DNA from: Clostridiaceae bacterium
Lineage (GTDB): Bacteria; Bacillota; Clostridia; Acetivibrionales; DTU013
Assembly: GCA_039679375.1 (NCBI GenBank)
Contig: JBDKVA010000207.1
Location: 23,333 to 87,332 of the forward strand
Length of the DNA stretch: 64,000 nt
Reading direction: 5' to 3'
Every line of letters starts with the position of its first letter. Within the stretch, counting starts at the first letter, position 1. A model generated the notes under the pieces. That model saw nothing but the letters and a program-made list of their open reading frames with translations. It was not told the DNA's origin and did not search any database. Positions 50,005 to 60,089 of the stretch are shown one piece after another. The translations under genes were made by a program, and so were the position numbers.

Positions 50005-51456
50005 GTGAGAATCAACCAGAACAGAACACCTCTGTTTGATGCGGTGAAAAAATATATCAATGATGACGTGATCCCATTTCACGTCCCGGGCCACAAGCAA
50101 GGCAAAGGCCTTCGCGAACTGGTCGATTACATAGGCGAGATGGCTCTTCGGATGGATGTAAACGGTATGGAAGATTTGGACTATGCCAACAATCCTACCG
50201 GTGTTATAATGGAGGCTCAAAACCTGATGGCGCATGCCTTCGGTGCGGAGCACTCCAATTTTCTGGTAAATGGCACGACATCTGGTGTACAGGCCATGAT
50301 ACTAAGCACCTGTGAACCCGGCAGCAGTATCATAATCCCAAGGAATGCCCATAAATCAACGATCGGCGGCATTATTCTCAGCGGCTCCATGCCTGTGTAT
50401 GTACAGCCTGAGATGAACACAGAGCTTGGCATCACGATGGGCGTCACAGTGGAAAGCATAAAAAAGGCAATCAGGCAGAATCCGCATGCCAGGGCGGTAT
50501 TCATTATTAACCCGACCTATTACGGTATGACGTCCGACCTCAAATCCATTGTCAGGGTAGCGCACATGCATGATATGGCAGTGCTGGTGGATGAGGCGCA
50601 TGGCGCGCACATGTCGTTCCATGATGATTTCCCGCTTACGGCAATGGAGGTGGGAGCCGACATGAGTGCCGCAAGTATCCACAAGACTGCCGGCTCGCTG
50701 ACCCAGAGTTCGGTCCTGCTCTCACGCGGAGGGCTCATATCGTACGACAGGATCAGGCAATCTCTTGGCCTTACTTTTACTTCAAGCGCCTCATATCTTC
50801 TGATGTGCTCGCTTGATATAGCCAGAAAACAGCTTGCGATATATGGCGCGGAGATGCTGGAGGAAACGCTGGGATTGGCACGCTGGGCAAGAAATGAATT
50901 AAATGCGGTAAAGGGCTTGTATGCATTCGGCCGTGAACTGGCAGGGCAAAGCGGCTGCGCTGATTTTGACGAAACCAAACTGGGAATCAATATCAGAAAG
51001 CTCGGTTACACGGGGTATCAGGTAGAGGCCATCCTCAGGGAAAAGTACAATATACAGGTGGAGATGTCCGATATGTATAACATTCTGGCGATCCTGTCAC
51101 TAGGTGACAGGATGGAGGATGTCGAGGCTCTGGTAAATGCGTTGAAGGAAATATCTCAAGGCCGCATTGAAGCCGCGCCATACGCTGCTGCTACGATGCC
51201 GGAAAATCCGGAAATGATTGTTACCCCGCGCGACGCGTTTTACAATGCCAAGAAAAGTGTGAAGCTTGAGGAGGCCGCAGGGGAAATTGCAGGAGAGATG
51301 GTGATGGCATACCCGCCGGGAATACCGGTAATTTGCCTGGGAGAAAGGATCACTTCCGATATGATCGACTATATCAGGCTGTTGAAGGAGCAAAGATGCC
51401 AGCTGCAGGGGACCTCGGACCCAAGGGTGGACCATATAAAAGTTCTGGGTAAGTGA
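50005..51456 (+). CDS. PLP-dependent Arg/Lys/Orn decarboxylase (SpeA-like)
   Basis: FHVPGHKQG, VNGTT, PRNAHKS, DEAHGAH, SIHKT and YPPGIP. GTG start after AGGTGA. Confidence 0.9.
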   Translation: MRINQNRTPLFDAVKKYINDDVIPFHVPGHKQGKGLRELVDYIGEMALRMDVNGMEDLDYANNPTGVIMEAQNLMAHAFGAEHSNFLVNGTTSGVQAMILSTCEPGSSIIIPRNAHKSTIGGIILSGSMPVYVQPEMNTELGITMGVTVESIKKAIRQNPHARAVFIINPTYYGMTSDLKSIVRVAHMHDMAVLVDEAHGAHMSFHDDFPLTAMEVGADMSAASIHKTAGSLTQSSVLLSRGGLISYDRIRQSLGLTFTSSASYLLMCSLDIARKQLAIYGAEMLEETLGLARWARNELNAVKGLYAFGRELAGQSGCADFDETKLGINIRKLGYTGYQVEAILREKYNIQVEMSDMYNILAILSLGDRMEDVEALVNALKEISQGRIEAAPYAAATMPENPEMIVTPRDAFYNAKKSVKLEEAAGEIAGEMVMAYPPGIPVICLGERITSDMIDYIRLLKEQRCQLQGTSDPRVDHIKVLGK

Positions 51457-51900
51457 TTAAACAATGATGATAATGCCTGCTATAACAAGAGCAGCGCCGA
51501 TCAGTCTTCTCAAGGACATTTGCTCGCCAAAAAAGATCACGGAGCATAATATTGTAATAAGAGGCGAGCTGGACATTACGATGGTCACAAGCGAAACATC
51601 GCCCTTTTTCAATGCGGCGTAATAGGCAAGGTCACCAACCAGTGTTGCCAAAAGCGCTTCAATGCCAATAAGCCACCATGAGCTTGCAGGAATACCTGCT
51701 ATTTTAGGGAAACTGCCGCTGGCAATCACCCAGCCCGAAACCACACTGGCGGCAAAAATTGTTCTTAGCACCAGACCGGCAACAGGGTCGATATTTTTCA
51801 GTGCAACTTTGGCAAAGACCGGAGCAATACCCCAACAGAGCATACCAAAGAGCGACAGGAATACCACCATTTTTTTGCTACCCCCAGATATTCTCACCAT
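51457..51900 (-). CDS. Single-domain EamA/DMT transporter
   Basis: 4-5 TM segments, WGIAPVFAK, YYAALKKG and FFGE. Confidence 0.85.
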   Translation of the reverse strand: MVRISGGSKKMVVFLSLFGMLCWGIAPVFAKVALKNIDPVAGLVLRTIFAASVVSGWVIASGSFPKIAGIPASSWWLIGIEALLATLVGDLAYYAALKKGDVSLVTIVMSSSPLITILCSVIFFGEQMSLRRLIGAALVIAGIIIIV

Positions 51901-52045
51901 TTCAGTTCCTCTAAAGGTTAGATCGTAAAGCTTTTCTCAAAAGACAATATGAAATGGAATTGATTTTTATTCCTGTGATATATGCATTATATATTTGGAA
52001 TAAATTTTGCAGTTTATTTTATGGGCTGGTACAAATAATATTTGC

Positions 52046-52984
52046 ATGAAAAAACGAATGATCACATCAAAGAAAAGGAAGATCCGCATAACGGCGATAA
52101 CAATGCTTGCCGCCATATTGATATCCGGTGCTTCCAGTGCCGGAGCCGCCGCTGTATCAAAAGAAATTGCTGTCATCAAAGATCCCGGTACGGAGGGGTT
52201 GATCCGGGAAGGGATCAGTATGGATCTGGTTTCCGGTCCGACGAAGGATATGCCATGGGAATCCGACAGGGAATTTATCAAAGCAAGACTGAGAAATGAT
52301 ACCAACGTATTGCTTGGCGGATACAGGACAGTATTGAAAGACCCTTTACCCGGCGAGGAGTATAATGTACATCTGGCGGCTGCTCTTTTAGCAGGCACAG
52401 TAATAAAACCTGGAGGAATATTCTCACAGAATTCGACAATTGGGCCTTATACGGAGGAAAAAGGTTTTGAAAAAGGGCCCACCTATATTGGTACTACGTT
52501 GACAACGACGGTTGGAGGAGGCGTATGCAAGATCGCCTCGACGCTTTACAATGTAGCGGTACTTTCCAACCTGAAAATTATTGAACGTCACAACCACAGC
52601 ATGCCTGTGCCCTATGTGCCGTACGGACAGGACGCTACGGTGGCATATGGCGTAAAGGACATCCGGTTCAGGAATGAAACCGGGTCTGATATGATGATAT
52701 GGGCGCAGGGCATCGACAATGTTCTGTATATGGCCTTTTACGGCAGGCAGCCCGGCCCGGTAGTGGAATGGACGCATGAAGTGGTGGAGGTCAGGAAGGC
52801 ACCGGTCCTTTTCAGGATCAATCCCAAACTCGGCGCGGACGAACAAAGGCTATTGCTGGAAGGAATGGATGGAGCAATTGTAAAGTCATGGGTCACGGTC
52901 AGCTCCGGGAATCAAGTCAATGTCAAATATATGGGAATCAGCGATTACAGACCCATGCCCCATCTCGTAGAAAAAGGAGGGTAA
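52046..52984 (+). CDS. Secreted VanW-family protein
   Basis: Signal peptide, GGGVCKIASTLYN, ERHNHS and YVPYGQDATV. Start is uncertain. Confidence 0.85.
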   Translation: MKKRMITSKKRKIRITAITMLAAILISGASSAGAAAVSKEIAVIKDPGTEGLIREGISMDLVSGPTKDMPWESDREFIKARLRNDTNVLLGGYRTVLKDPLPGEEYNVHLAAALLAGTVIKPGGIFSQNSTIGPYTEEKGFEKGPTYIGTTLTTTVGGGVCKIASTLYNVAVLSNLKIIERHNHSMPVPYVPYGQDATVAYGVKDIRFRNETGSDMMIWAQGIDNVLYMAFYGRQPGPVVEWTHEVVEVRKAPVLFRINPKLGADEQRLLLEGMDGAIVKSWVTVSSGNQVNVKYMGISDYRPMPHLVEKGG

Positions 52985-53163
52985 GCATAAACCCTGCATC
53001 CTGGCATAACATCATAATATAGGAATCGTTTAAATATAACTTCCGATAATCTTTTCCGGGGAACTCCACTAACCGCTCCATTCCCCAAAAAAGAATCGGA
53101 ACTAATATTTTAGCCGATCCATAACTATATTGAATTAATATATGTTGCTGGCCGGGGGGAAGG

Positions 53164-54435
53164 ATGCAGAATAAAATCAACATTAGTTTTAACATATATC
53201 TGGTAGGGCAGGGTGTATCGAACCTGGGTGATTCCATCCGGTTCATAGCAGTGACAATGCTCATTTTCAGGTTTACAGGATCGGGAATGACGGCCGCATT
53301 CGGGATTATGCTCTCTTCACTGCCAAGTATCATCGCCTCACCCTTCGCAGGTGTACTGGGCGACCGTACGAATGAGAAAAAGGTACTTGTTTTAGTTGAT
53401 CTTGTCAGGTTCCTGACCGTTCCATTATTCTTATATGCGGATAAGATTGGGCAAATATATCTGCTGTTAGTTCTTCTGTCTCTTTTTGATGTTTTTTATG
53501 GTCCCTGCAGGAGGAAATTCATACGAAACATCACAGGTAAAAAGGGTGCGCTTAAAGCAAATTCGTATCTTGCGGGAGCTTCCGGCCTGGCCTACTTCAT
53601 CGGCCCTTTGACGTCCGGTTTTCTGACCGACCGGTTCGGACCGGCCCCGGCTATTCTGATTGCCAGCCTATGCTGCATCATATCCTGTTTTCTCACTTTT
53701 TTATCGGGGATTGCGCCAGGGAAAACCGGAAAGTCAGACAGCGCTTTTGCCTCAAGCCACAATTCCTATGTATACCAAAGCAATGTGGCGGCGGAATTGA
53801 AGGAAGGCTTGAGGTATTGTTTCCTTACGCCTCCTGTAAGGATGCTTTTGATGATAGGATTTATAATGGGTTTTAGTACCATATCGGTAAATATGGCATT
53901 TTATCCATATGTATTTGATGTGCTGAAGGTGACTGCAAAAGGCTGGAGCCTGATGATCACATTATATTATGGCACAAGCCTGATAGCAGTGCTGCTGGTG
54001 AAGCGGCTTGAAAGATTTATAAAGGATACGGACGGGAAAATCCTTTTTGCCGGATTGATGATTGTGCCTGTCATATGGATACTGTATGCCTTTACAGCAC
54101 GATTCACAGCTGTGCTTGTTCTGCAGTTCATTGAAGGATCCGTGATTTCAATGTGCGGTATTATTCTCTCCGCCAGATTCCAGGTCATTACTGACAAGGA
54201 GCTTATGGCAAGGGTCTCCGGTACGAACGATATCTTTGCAAATACGGGTAAACTAGCAGGAATGGGGTGCGCTGCCATATTGACAAAAAGCTTTTCCTTC
54301 TATTCCGTTTTCATTTTCAATGGCGTGCTCCTATTTCTATTTGCAGTTTACGGGCAGATAAACGCAGGCCGTTCTCACAAATTAGGGCTTGCCGATGTGT
54401 GCAGCATGCGGTTGCAGCATAAAAACCATCAGTAA
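53164..54435 (+). CDS. MFS transporter (DHA3/MefA-like)
   Basis: GQGVSNLGD, PFAGVLGDR motif A, about 12 TM segments. Confidence 0.88.
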   Translation: MQNKINISFNIYLVGQGVSNLGDSIRFIAVTMLIFRFTGSGMTAAFGIMLSSLPSIIASPFAGVLGDRTNEKKVLVLVDLVRFLTVPLFLYADKIGQIYLLLVLLSLFDVFYGPCRRKFIRNITGKKGALKANSYLAGASGLAYFIGPLTSGFLTDRFGPAPAILIASLCCIISCFLTFLSGIAPGKTGKSDSAFASSHNSYVYQSNVAAELKEGLRYCFLTPPVRMLLMIGFIMGFSTISVNMAFYPYVFDVLKVTAKGWSLMITLYYGTSLIAVLLVKRLERFIKDTDGKILFAGLMIVPVIWILYAFTARFTAVLVLQFIEGSVISMCGIILSARFQVITDKELMARVSGTNDIFANTGKLAGMGCAAILTKSFSFYSVFIFNGVLLFLFAVYGQINAGRSHKLGLADVCSMRLQHKNHQ

Positions 54436-55646
54436 AAGGTATGATGCGAGGCAGTGTTCCTGCCCTTGCTTTTGGATTTGTACAAACCACCATCAGCTGC
54501 TTCAATCAGCGCTTTTACATCGGTCCCGTCACGTGGGTAAGTCGCAATACCGATGGATATGGTAAAGTGGGGTGAATCGGAAGTATCGACACGCCGTCTG
54601 AAACGTTCGGCTATCAAAACAGCGTGGTCTGTCCCGACGTCAGGCAGTACAATGATGAATTCATCTCCTCCGTACCTTCCGATCATATCAAAATCCCTGA
54701 TATTGTTTCTGCCGATGGCTGACAGCAGCTTAATGCACTTGTCTCCGACAATATGCCCGTGCGTATCGTTAATGGATTTAAAATTGTCGATATCAAACAT
54801 CATTATGGAAAATTCCGATTTCGGATTCTTACGTATTAATGTTTCAATGGAATCCAGGATCGCCATTTTATTCATTACCTGGGACATGGAATCGATTCTT
54901 GAAATATCCAGCAGCTTTTTGTTTACTTTTTCTATTTCCAGCATTCTTTTTTTTACTTCGATTTCAATTGAGCGGTTTAGTGCAGATAGCTGCTTTTCCT
55001 CATCCCTTGACTTATCAAGCTGGGCTTTCAGCAGAACATGGTAGAAGAACACGAGTAATAGGATATAAGCTCCAAGCTTTAAAAAAGGCGCCACCCATAA
55101 TACTGATCCGGAGAGGGGAAGATAGTATTGAGCAATTACAGACACAAAAAGAACGATAACCGACCAGAAAAGATAAAGCATATCTCCTTTTTCTTTTCTT
55201 AACCGGAATAAAATCGCCAGGGCAATGACCAGTGATGCATAAGGCAATACCGGCTGGTTTATAAGGATGTTTCGTACGGTATGGGAATAGAGTACCGTTA
55301 AGACAACTGCCGAAGGGATGGAAATCATAATGAAACAGAAAGAACCCGGATTATTTTTATCATGCTTTGCTGCAAGTGAAATCATGATGAGCAAAAACAG
55401 GATCGGTTCGGTCAAATAGGAAAAAACATAGAATAATTCATATTTATTTACAAATAGAAATATAAAGTTAAAAAGAAATGCGGAGAAAAAAGAATACCCC
55501 AGCATTTGCAGCGGCATTTTCGGGCTTCGATACCATATCGTCATGATCAGAAAACAAAATGAAAAGCACATTACAATGGCAGAACACAGCAAACCAGCGC
55601 TGTATTGAGGCGTTATGGGAATAGTTAACGGCATTGTCATCAGCAT
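54429..55646 (-). CDS. Membrane-integral diguanylate cyclase
   Basis: About 7 N-terminal TM segments, coiled coil, DIDNFK, RDFD I-site and RYGGDEF. Confidence 0.9.
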   Translation of the reverse strand: MLMTMPLTIPITPQYSAGLLCSAIVMCFSFCFLIMTIWYRSPKMPLQMLGYSFFSAFLFNFIFLFVNKYELFYVFSYLTEPILFLLIMISLAAKHDKNNPGSFCFIMISIPSAVVLTVLYSHTVRNILINQPVLPYASLVIALAILFRLRKEKGDMLYLFWSVIVLFVSVIAQYYLPLSGSVLWVAPFLKLGAYILLLVFFYHVLLKAQLDKSRDEEKQLSALNRSIEIEVKKRMLEIEKVNKKLLDISRIDSMSQVMNKMAILDSIETLIRKNPKSEFSIMMFDIDNFKSINDTHGHIVGDKCIKLLSAIGRNNIRDFDMIGRYGGDEFIIVLPDVGTDHAVLIAERFRRRVDTSDSPHFTISIGIATYPRDGTDVKALIEAADGGLYKSKSKGRNTASHHTFY

Positions 55647-55850
55647 CCTTCTAAAATAAAATAAAACAATAAAAACTATATATTTATATCTATATTTTAT
55701 GAACTAACTCGTTTATCGGATAAAAGCGGTTTTTATTATAGTTAAAAAATCAAATAATAAATTTTCAAAATATTGTTGTTTTAGCTAATTAATTATTGTA
55801 AAATTTGAACAGGAAGGTGAACGAATAAATTCTTTAGAAGACGTGAGGAT

Positions 55851-57065
55851 GTGTTTATAATGATTACCGGGCCGGACAGTTACACTCAGTCAAGGGGGAA
55901 AGTGTTTCAAGCTTATAAAGCGGTAATACACAGGAAAAATATACAAACTGATTTTTATAATGGCATATATTCAAGGTGGAAATATCCGGTTCTGACTTCA
56001 GAGCATATTCCGGTATTCTGGAAGTATGACCTGAACAGAGAAACGAATCCTTATTTCATGGAACGGCTTGGAGTGAACGCGGTATTCAATTCGGGTGCGA
56101 TATATTTAAACGATAAGTATTATCTTATCGCCAGAGTTGAGGGGAATGACAGAAAATCATTTTTTGCCGTCGCCGAGAGTGACAGCGGAGTAGATGGGTT
56201 CAAATTCAGGGATTTCCCTGTTGTTCTGCCCGACACTCAGCCAGGGGAAACAAATGTATATGATATGCGTTTGACAGCGCATGAGGACGGCTGTATATAC
56301 GGAGTGTTTTGCTCTGAAAGCAAGGACAAACAGTCAAATGATCTTTCTGCTGCAGTTGCCCAGGCCGGCATTGTGCGTACCAGGGATCTGACAACATGGG
56401 AGAGGCTCCCTGATTTGAAGACGAAATCTGCACAGCAAAGAAATGTTGTACTGCACCCGTATTTTGTAAACGGGAAGTACGCTTTTTACACCCGGCCGCA
56501 GGATGACTTCATTAATGCAGGAACAGGCGGCGGTATAGGCTTTGGTTTATGCAAAGATATAGAGAATGCTGTAATCGATAATGAAAAGATTATCAGCTGC
56601 AGGAAGTATCATACTATTACGGAGATTAAAAACGGTGCAGGGGCGGTACCGATAAAAACGCAAAAGGGATTCATACATATTGCCCATGGAGTAAGGAATA
56701 CCGCTGCAGGACTGCGATATGTAATTTATGCCTTTGCAACTGATTTGAATGATCCTTCAAGAATTGTATCAGAGCCGTCAGGATATTTAATAGCTCCTGT
56801 TGAAGATGAACGCGTAGGCGACGTATCGAATGTGGTGTTTACCAATGGTGCGATAGTAAACAAGGATAATGAAGTGTTTATATATTATGCTTCATCAGAT
56901 ACAAGACTGCATGTAGCAACCACAACACTGGACAGGCTTATGGACTATACTTTCAATACGCCTCAGGACCCTTTGCGTTCTGCAGATTGTGTAAGGCAAA
57001 GATGCGAGCTTATTAAAAAAAATCTTGAGTATATGAAATCTCAGAATGAATCGATTTTATTTTAA
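55851..57065 (+). CDS. GH130 4-O-beta-D-mannosyl-D-glucose phosphorylase-like
   Basis: [48 protein letters not shown] and YYASSDTR. Confidence 0.88.
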   Translation: MFIMITGPDSYTQSRGKVFQAYKAVIHRKNIQTDFYNGIYSRWKYPVLTSEHIPVFWKYDLNRETNPYFMERLGVNAVFNSGAIYLNDKYYLIARVEGNDRKSFFAVAESDSGVDGFKFRDFPVVLPDTQPGETNVYDMRLTAHEDGCIYGVFCSESKDKQSNDLSAAVAQAGIVRTRDLTTWERLPDLKTKSAQQRNVVLHPYFVNGKYAFYTRPQDDFINAGTGGGIGFGLCKDIENAVIDNEKIISCRKYHTITEIKNGAGAVPIKTQKGFIHIAHGVRNTAAGLRYVIYAFATDLNDPSRIVSEPSGYLIAPVEDERVGDVSNVVFTNGAIVNKDNEVFIYYASSDTRLHVATTTLDRLMDYTFNTPQDPLRSADCVRQRCELIKKNLEYMKSQNESILF

Positions 57066-57239
57066 TTATCTCCGCAGCTTTTTTATCATATAGCCCCAGA
57101 ACATACCTTCTGCAAAAACCAAAGCCAGCAAGCCGACAGCAGTGCCAAGGCTAAGATCAACAATATGATCCTGTCCTTTCACATGATTGTTTTTTTTCAA
57201 CTGCGTTATAGGATATTTTCGCACGGTATCGTATCTCAT
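57066..57239 (-). CDS. Small 57-aa membrane protein (absent from ORF track)
   Basis: Translated by hand: MRYDTVRKYPITQLKKNNHVKGQDHIVDLSLGTAVGLLALVFAEGMFWGYMIKKLRR*. RBS-like GAGTAGGGA and one C-terminal TM helix. Confidence 0.6.
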   Translation of the reverse strand: MRYDTVRKYPITQLKKNNHVKGQDHIVDLSLGTAVGLLALVFAEGMFWGYMIKKLRR

Positions 57240-57475
57240 ATAAATCCCTACTCTTTTATTCGTTTATGGCGCTTTTCGCTCATGATTGCATAAGCGATGC
57301 GCCGATTTATCTTTATATAATATCCAGTTGCGCGTGATTTTATCCTGTACAATATTTCTTCCAGATATTGAATATAACAACACATATTTATTATACTATA
57401 TATGTCTGATTGAACTTTCATAGTTTTGCACTTATGTAATATAAATTTATATAAGCATCGGAAAGGAAGGTAAAA

Positions 57476-58768
57476 ATGGATAATGCTTTAATTGCCGGAA
57501 AGATGATGAAAGTGGCTTCTTTCAGCGGTATAGACGTCTATAGGGTAAACACGGACAAATTCAAAACGAGCAGTATTAATTTCTTTTTCCAGGATAACCT
57601 TATCAGGGAAAGCGTAACAATGAATGCGCTTTTACCTGCCGTAATGAGGAGAGGCAGTGAGGAATACCCGAAGTCAAAGGATATATCCCTTCAGCTTGAA
57701 AAGCTTTATGGAGCTAGCTTCGACTGCGGTGTGACCAAAAAGGGCGAGAGGCATATCATCCAATTCTATACGGAATTTTTATCGCAGCAATACATACCGG
57801 ATGGCACGGATTCATTTACTGCGGCATTTGAAATGCTTTACGGCATCATCACCAGACCCGCCTTAGTAAACGGACAATTTAATGAGGATTATCTTGTGCA
57901 GGAGAAAGAAATATTAAGGATGCTGATTGAAAGCAGGGTAAATGACAAAATGCAGTACAGCGTTGACCGTTGCCTGGAAGAGGTATGCAGGGATGAACCT
58001 TACGGAATTTATGATTATGGCTATGTCGAGGATCTCGGAGCGATTACAAGGGAGGGATTGACCGGCCACTATCATGAAGTATTGGAGACCTATCCGCTTC
58101 AGGTCTATCTGGTAGGCAGCATAACCGACAGGCAGGCCGATATGGTGATAGGATATCTTCGCAGAATGCCCCGTAAAGACATAAAGGCACTGAGAAATGG
58201 ATTTTCAAAAAAACAGATCGCACAAGCAAGGCATGTGACCGAAACCATGAATGTCACTCAGGGGAAGCTTTGCCTTGGTTTTCGGACCAATGTCGCGCCG
58301 GACAGCCGGGAATACCCCGCACTGATGGTATATAACGGAATACTCGGAGGTGGGATTCATTCAAAGCTGTTCCAGAACGTAAGGGAAAAGGCGAGCCTTG
58401 CATATTATTCCTATTCACGGCTGGATAAATTCAAGGGCTTGATGGTGGTGAGCAGCGGAATTGAGCTGAAAGACCGGGACAAAGCACTGGACATTATCCT
58501 GAAGCAGCTGGAGGAAATAAAAAAGGGGATGATATCAACACAGGAGCTTGAAGCTACTTTAAAGACAACGGAGACGGGAATGAAATCCCTGGGCGACAGC
58601 CAGATGAACATTGTCGACTTTTATCTGAGCCAGACGATCTCAGGCACGAATGACGATTTCAACGATGTGATTGAAAAAGTCAATAAGGTAAAACCTGAAG
58701 AAGTCATGCGGATTGCTTCAGGTATCACGCTTGATACAGTTTATTTTCTCACAGCAATACAAAAATAA
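57476..58768 (+). CDS. ymfF: M16 peptidase, inactive subunit YmfF
   Basis: TDKFKT, LYGA and SKLFQNVREKASLAYY. No HxxEH motif. Confidence 0.88.
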   Translation: MDNALIAGKMMKVASFSGIDVYRVNTDKFKTSSINFFFQDNLIRESVTMNALLPAVMRRGSEEYPKSKDISLQLEKLYGASFDCGVTKKGERHIIQFYTEFLSQQYIPDGTDSFTAAFEMLYGIITRPALVNGQFNEDYLVQEKEILRMLIESRVNDKMQYSVDRCLEEVCRDEPYGIYDYGYVEDLGAITREGLTGHYHEVLETYPLQVYLVGSITDRQADMVIGYLRRMPRKDIKALRNGFSKKQIAQARHVTETMNVTQGKLCLGFRTNVAPDSREYPALMVYNGILGGGIHSKLFQNVREKASLAYYSYSRLDKFKGLMVVSSGIELKDRDKALDIILKQLEEIKKGMISTQELEATLKTTETGMKSLGDSQMNIVDFYLSQTISGTNDDFNDVIEKVNKVKPEEVMRIASGITLDTVYFLTAIQK

Positions 58769-58792
58769 CCGGCAGGCAGAGGAGTTGAGCAG

Positions 58793-60076
58793 ATGAATAT
58801 CGATAAAATAAATTATGATAAAGCCGGCGAAGTGCTTTACAAATATGAGCACAGCAGCGGACTCAAAGCTTTTGTGATACCAAGAAAGGGTTATTCAAAA
58901 AAGCATGCTACTTTTTCAACGCATTACGGATCGGTTGACAATGAATTCATTATACCGGGGGAAACCATACCGACCAGGGTGCCTGACGGGATAGCGCATT
59001 TCCTTGAACACAAGCTGTTTGAACAAAAGGATGGAAGCGTGATGGATAAGTTTGCGGCTCTGGGTTCCAGTCCAAATGCCTATACCAGCTTTAACCAGAC
59101 CGTATATCTTTTCTCCTGCACAGACAGGTTTAAAGAAAATTTCGATCTGCTGCTCGATTATGTACAGCATCCGTATATCACCAGTGAAAGCGTGGAAAAG
59201 GAAAAGGGAATCATTGGACAGGAAATCATGATGTATCAGGATGATCCGGGATGGAGAGCCTTTTTTAACCTTCTTGGCGCATTTTACAACAAACTGTCCG
59301 TTCAAATCGATATCGCCGGTACGGTTGAGAGCATAAGCAAAATTGACAGGGAAACGCTTTACAAGTGCTACAATACATTTTATCATCCGTCAAACATGGT
59401 GATTCTTGTGGTGGGTGATGTGGAGCCCCAAAGTGTGTTTGACCGGATAGAGGCGGCACTTGAGAAAAAGGATGCAAGGCAGCCGATCAGGAGGGTATTT
59501 CCTGAGGAGCCGGCTGAAATCAAAAAGGGCTATGTAGAACAGACACTTGCCGTATCCATACCTATATTTTCCATGGGGTACAAGGACAGCAGCCCGGATC
59601 TGGAAGGCGTTGAGCTGCTGAAATACGAGGTTGCGGTGAAGCTGCTTCTGGATATGCTGATAGGGAGAAGTTCAGGCCTGTATGAACAGCTTTATGATGA
59701 GGGTTTATTAAATTCCACCTTTGAATTTGATTTTACAATAGAAAAAGGTTATGCGTTTTCGGTATTGAGCGGAGAATCAAAGGATCCTGTGAAGGTAAGG
59801 GACAGATTGTGCATGGCAGTAGATAAAGCAAAGAAAGACGGCCTTGACAGGGAAGCCTATGACCGGCTTGTCAGGTCAATGCTCGGCAGATATATGAGGC
59901 AGTTCAATTCCGTCGAGAAGATCTCCCATACATTTATTTCCGTCTATTTTAAAGGTGTGAACATGTTTGACTATTTGGAGGTTTATGATAAAATATCTTT
60001 TGAATATGTTTGTGAGGTATTTAAAGAGCATTTCAAAGAGGAAAAACTTGCTCTTTCAATCATAAAACCTGTTTAG
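58793..60076 (+). CDS. ymfH: M16 zinc peptidase YmfH
   Basis: PDGIAHFLEHKLFE, NAYTSF and KEKGIIGQEI. Confidence 0.9.
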   Translation: MNIDKINYDKAGEVLYKYEHSSGLKAFVIPRKGYSKKHATFSTHYGSVDNEFIIPGETIPTRVPDGIAHFLEHKLFEQKDGSVMDKFAALGSSPNAYTSFNQTVYLFSCTDRFKENFDLLLDYVQHPYITSESVEKEKGIIGQEIMMYQDDPGWRAFFNLLGAFYNKLSVQIDIAGTVESISKIDRETLYKCYNTFYHPSNMVILVVGDVEPQSVFDRIEAALEKKDARQPIRRVFPEEPAEIKKGYVEQTLAVSIPIFSMGYKDSSPDLEGVELLKYEVAVKLLLDMLIGRSSGLYEQLYDEGLLNSTFEFDFTIEKGYAFSVLSGESKDPVKVRDRLCMAVDKAKKDGLDREAYDRLVRSMLGRYMRQFNSVEKISHTFISVYFKGVNMFDYLEVYDKISFEYVCEVFKEHFKEEKLALSIIKPV

Positions 60077-60089
60077 AGGGGGGTTGGCA

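Noticed and set aside
52046-52984. Vancomycin resistance locus
   Set aside because: Only a VanW-domain protein is present, with no vanHAX or vanRS. Such proteins are common in Firmicutes.
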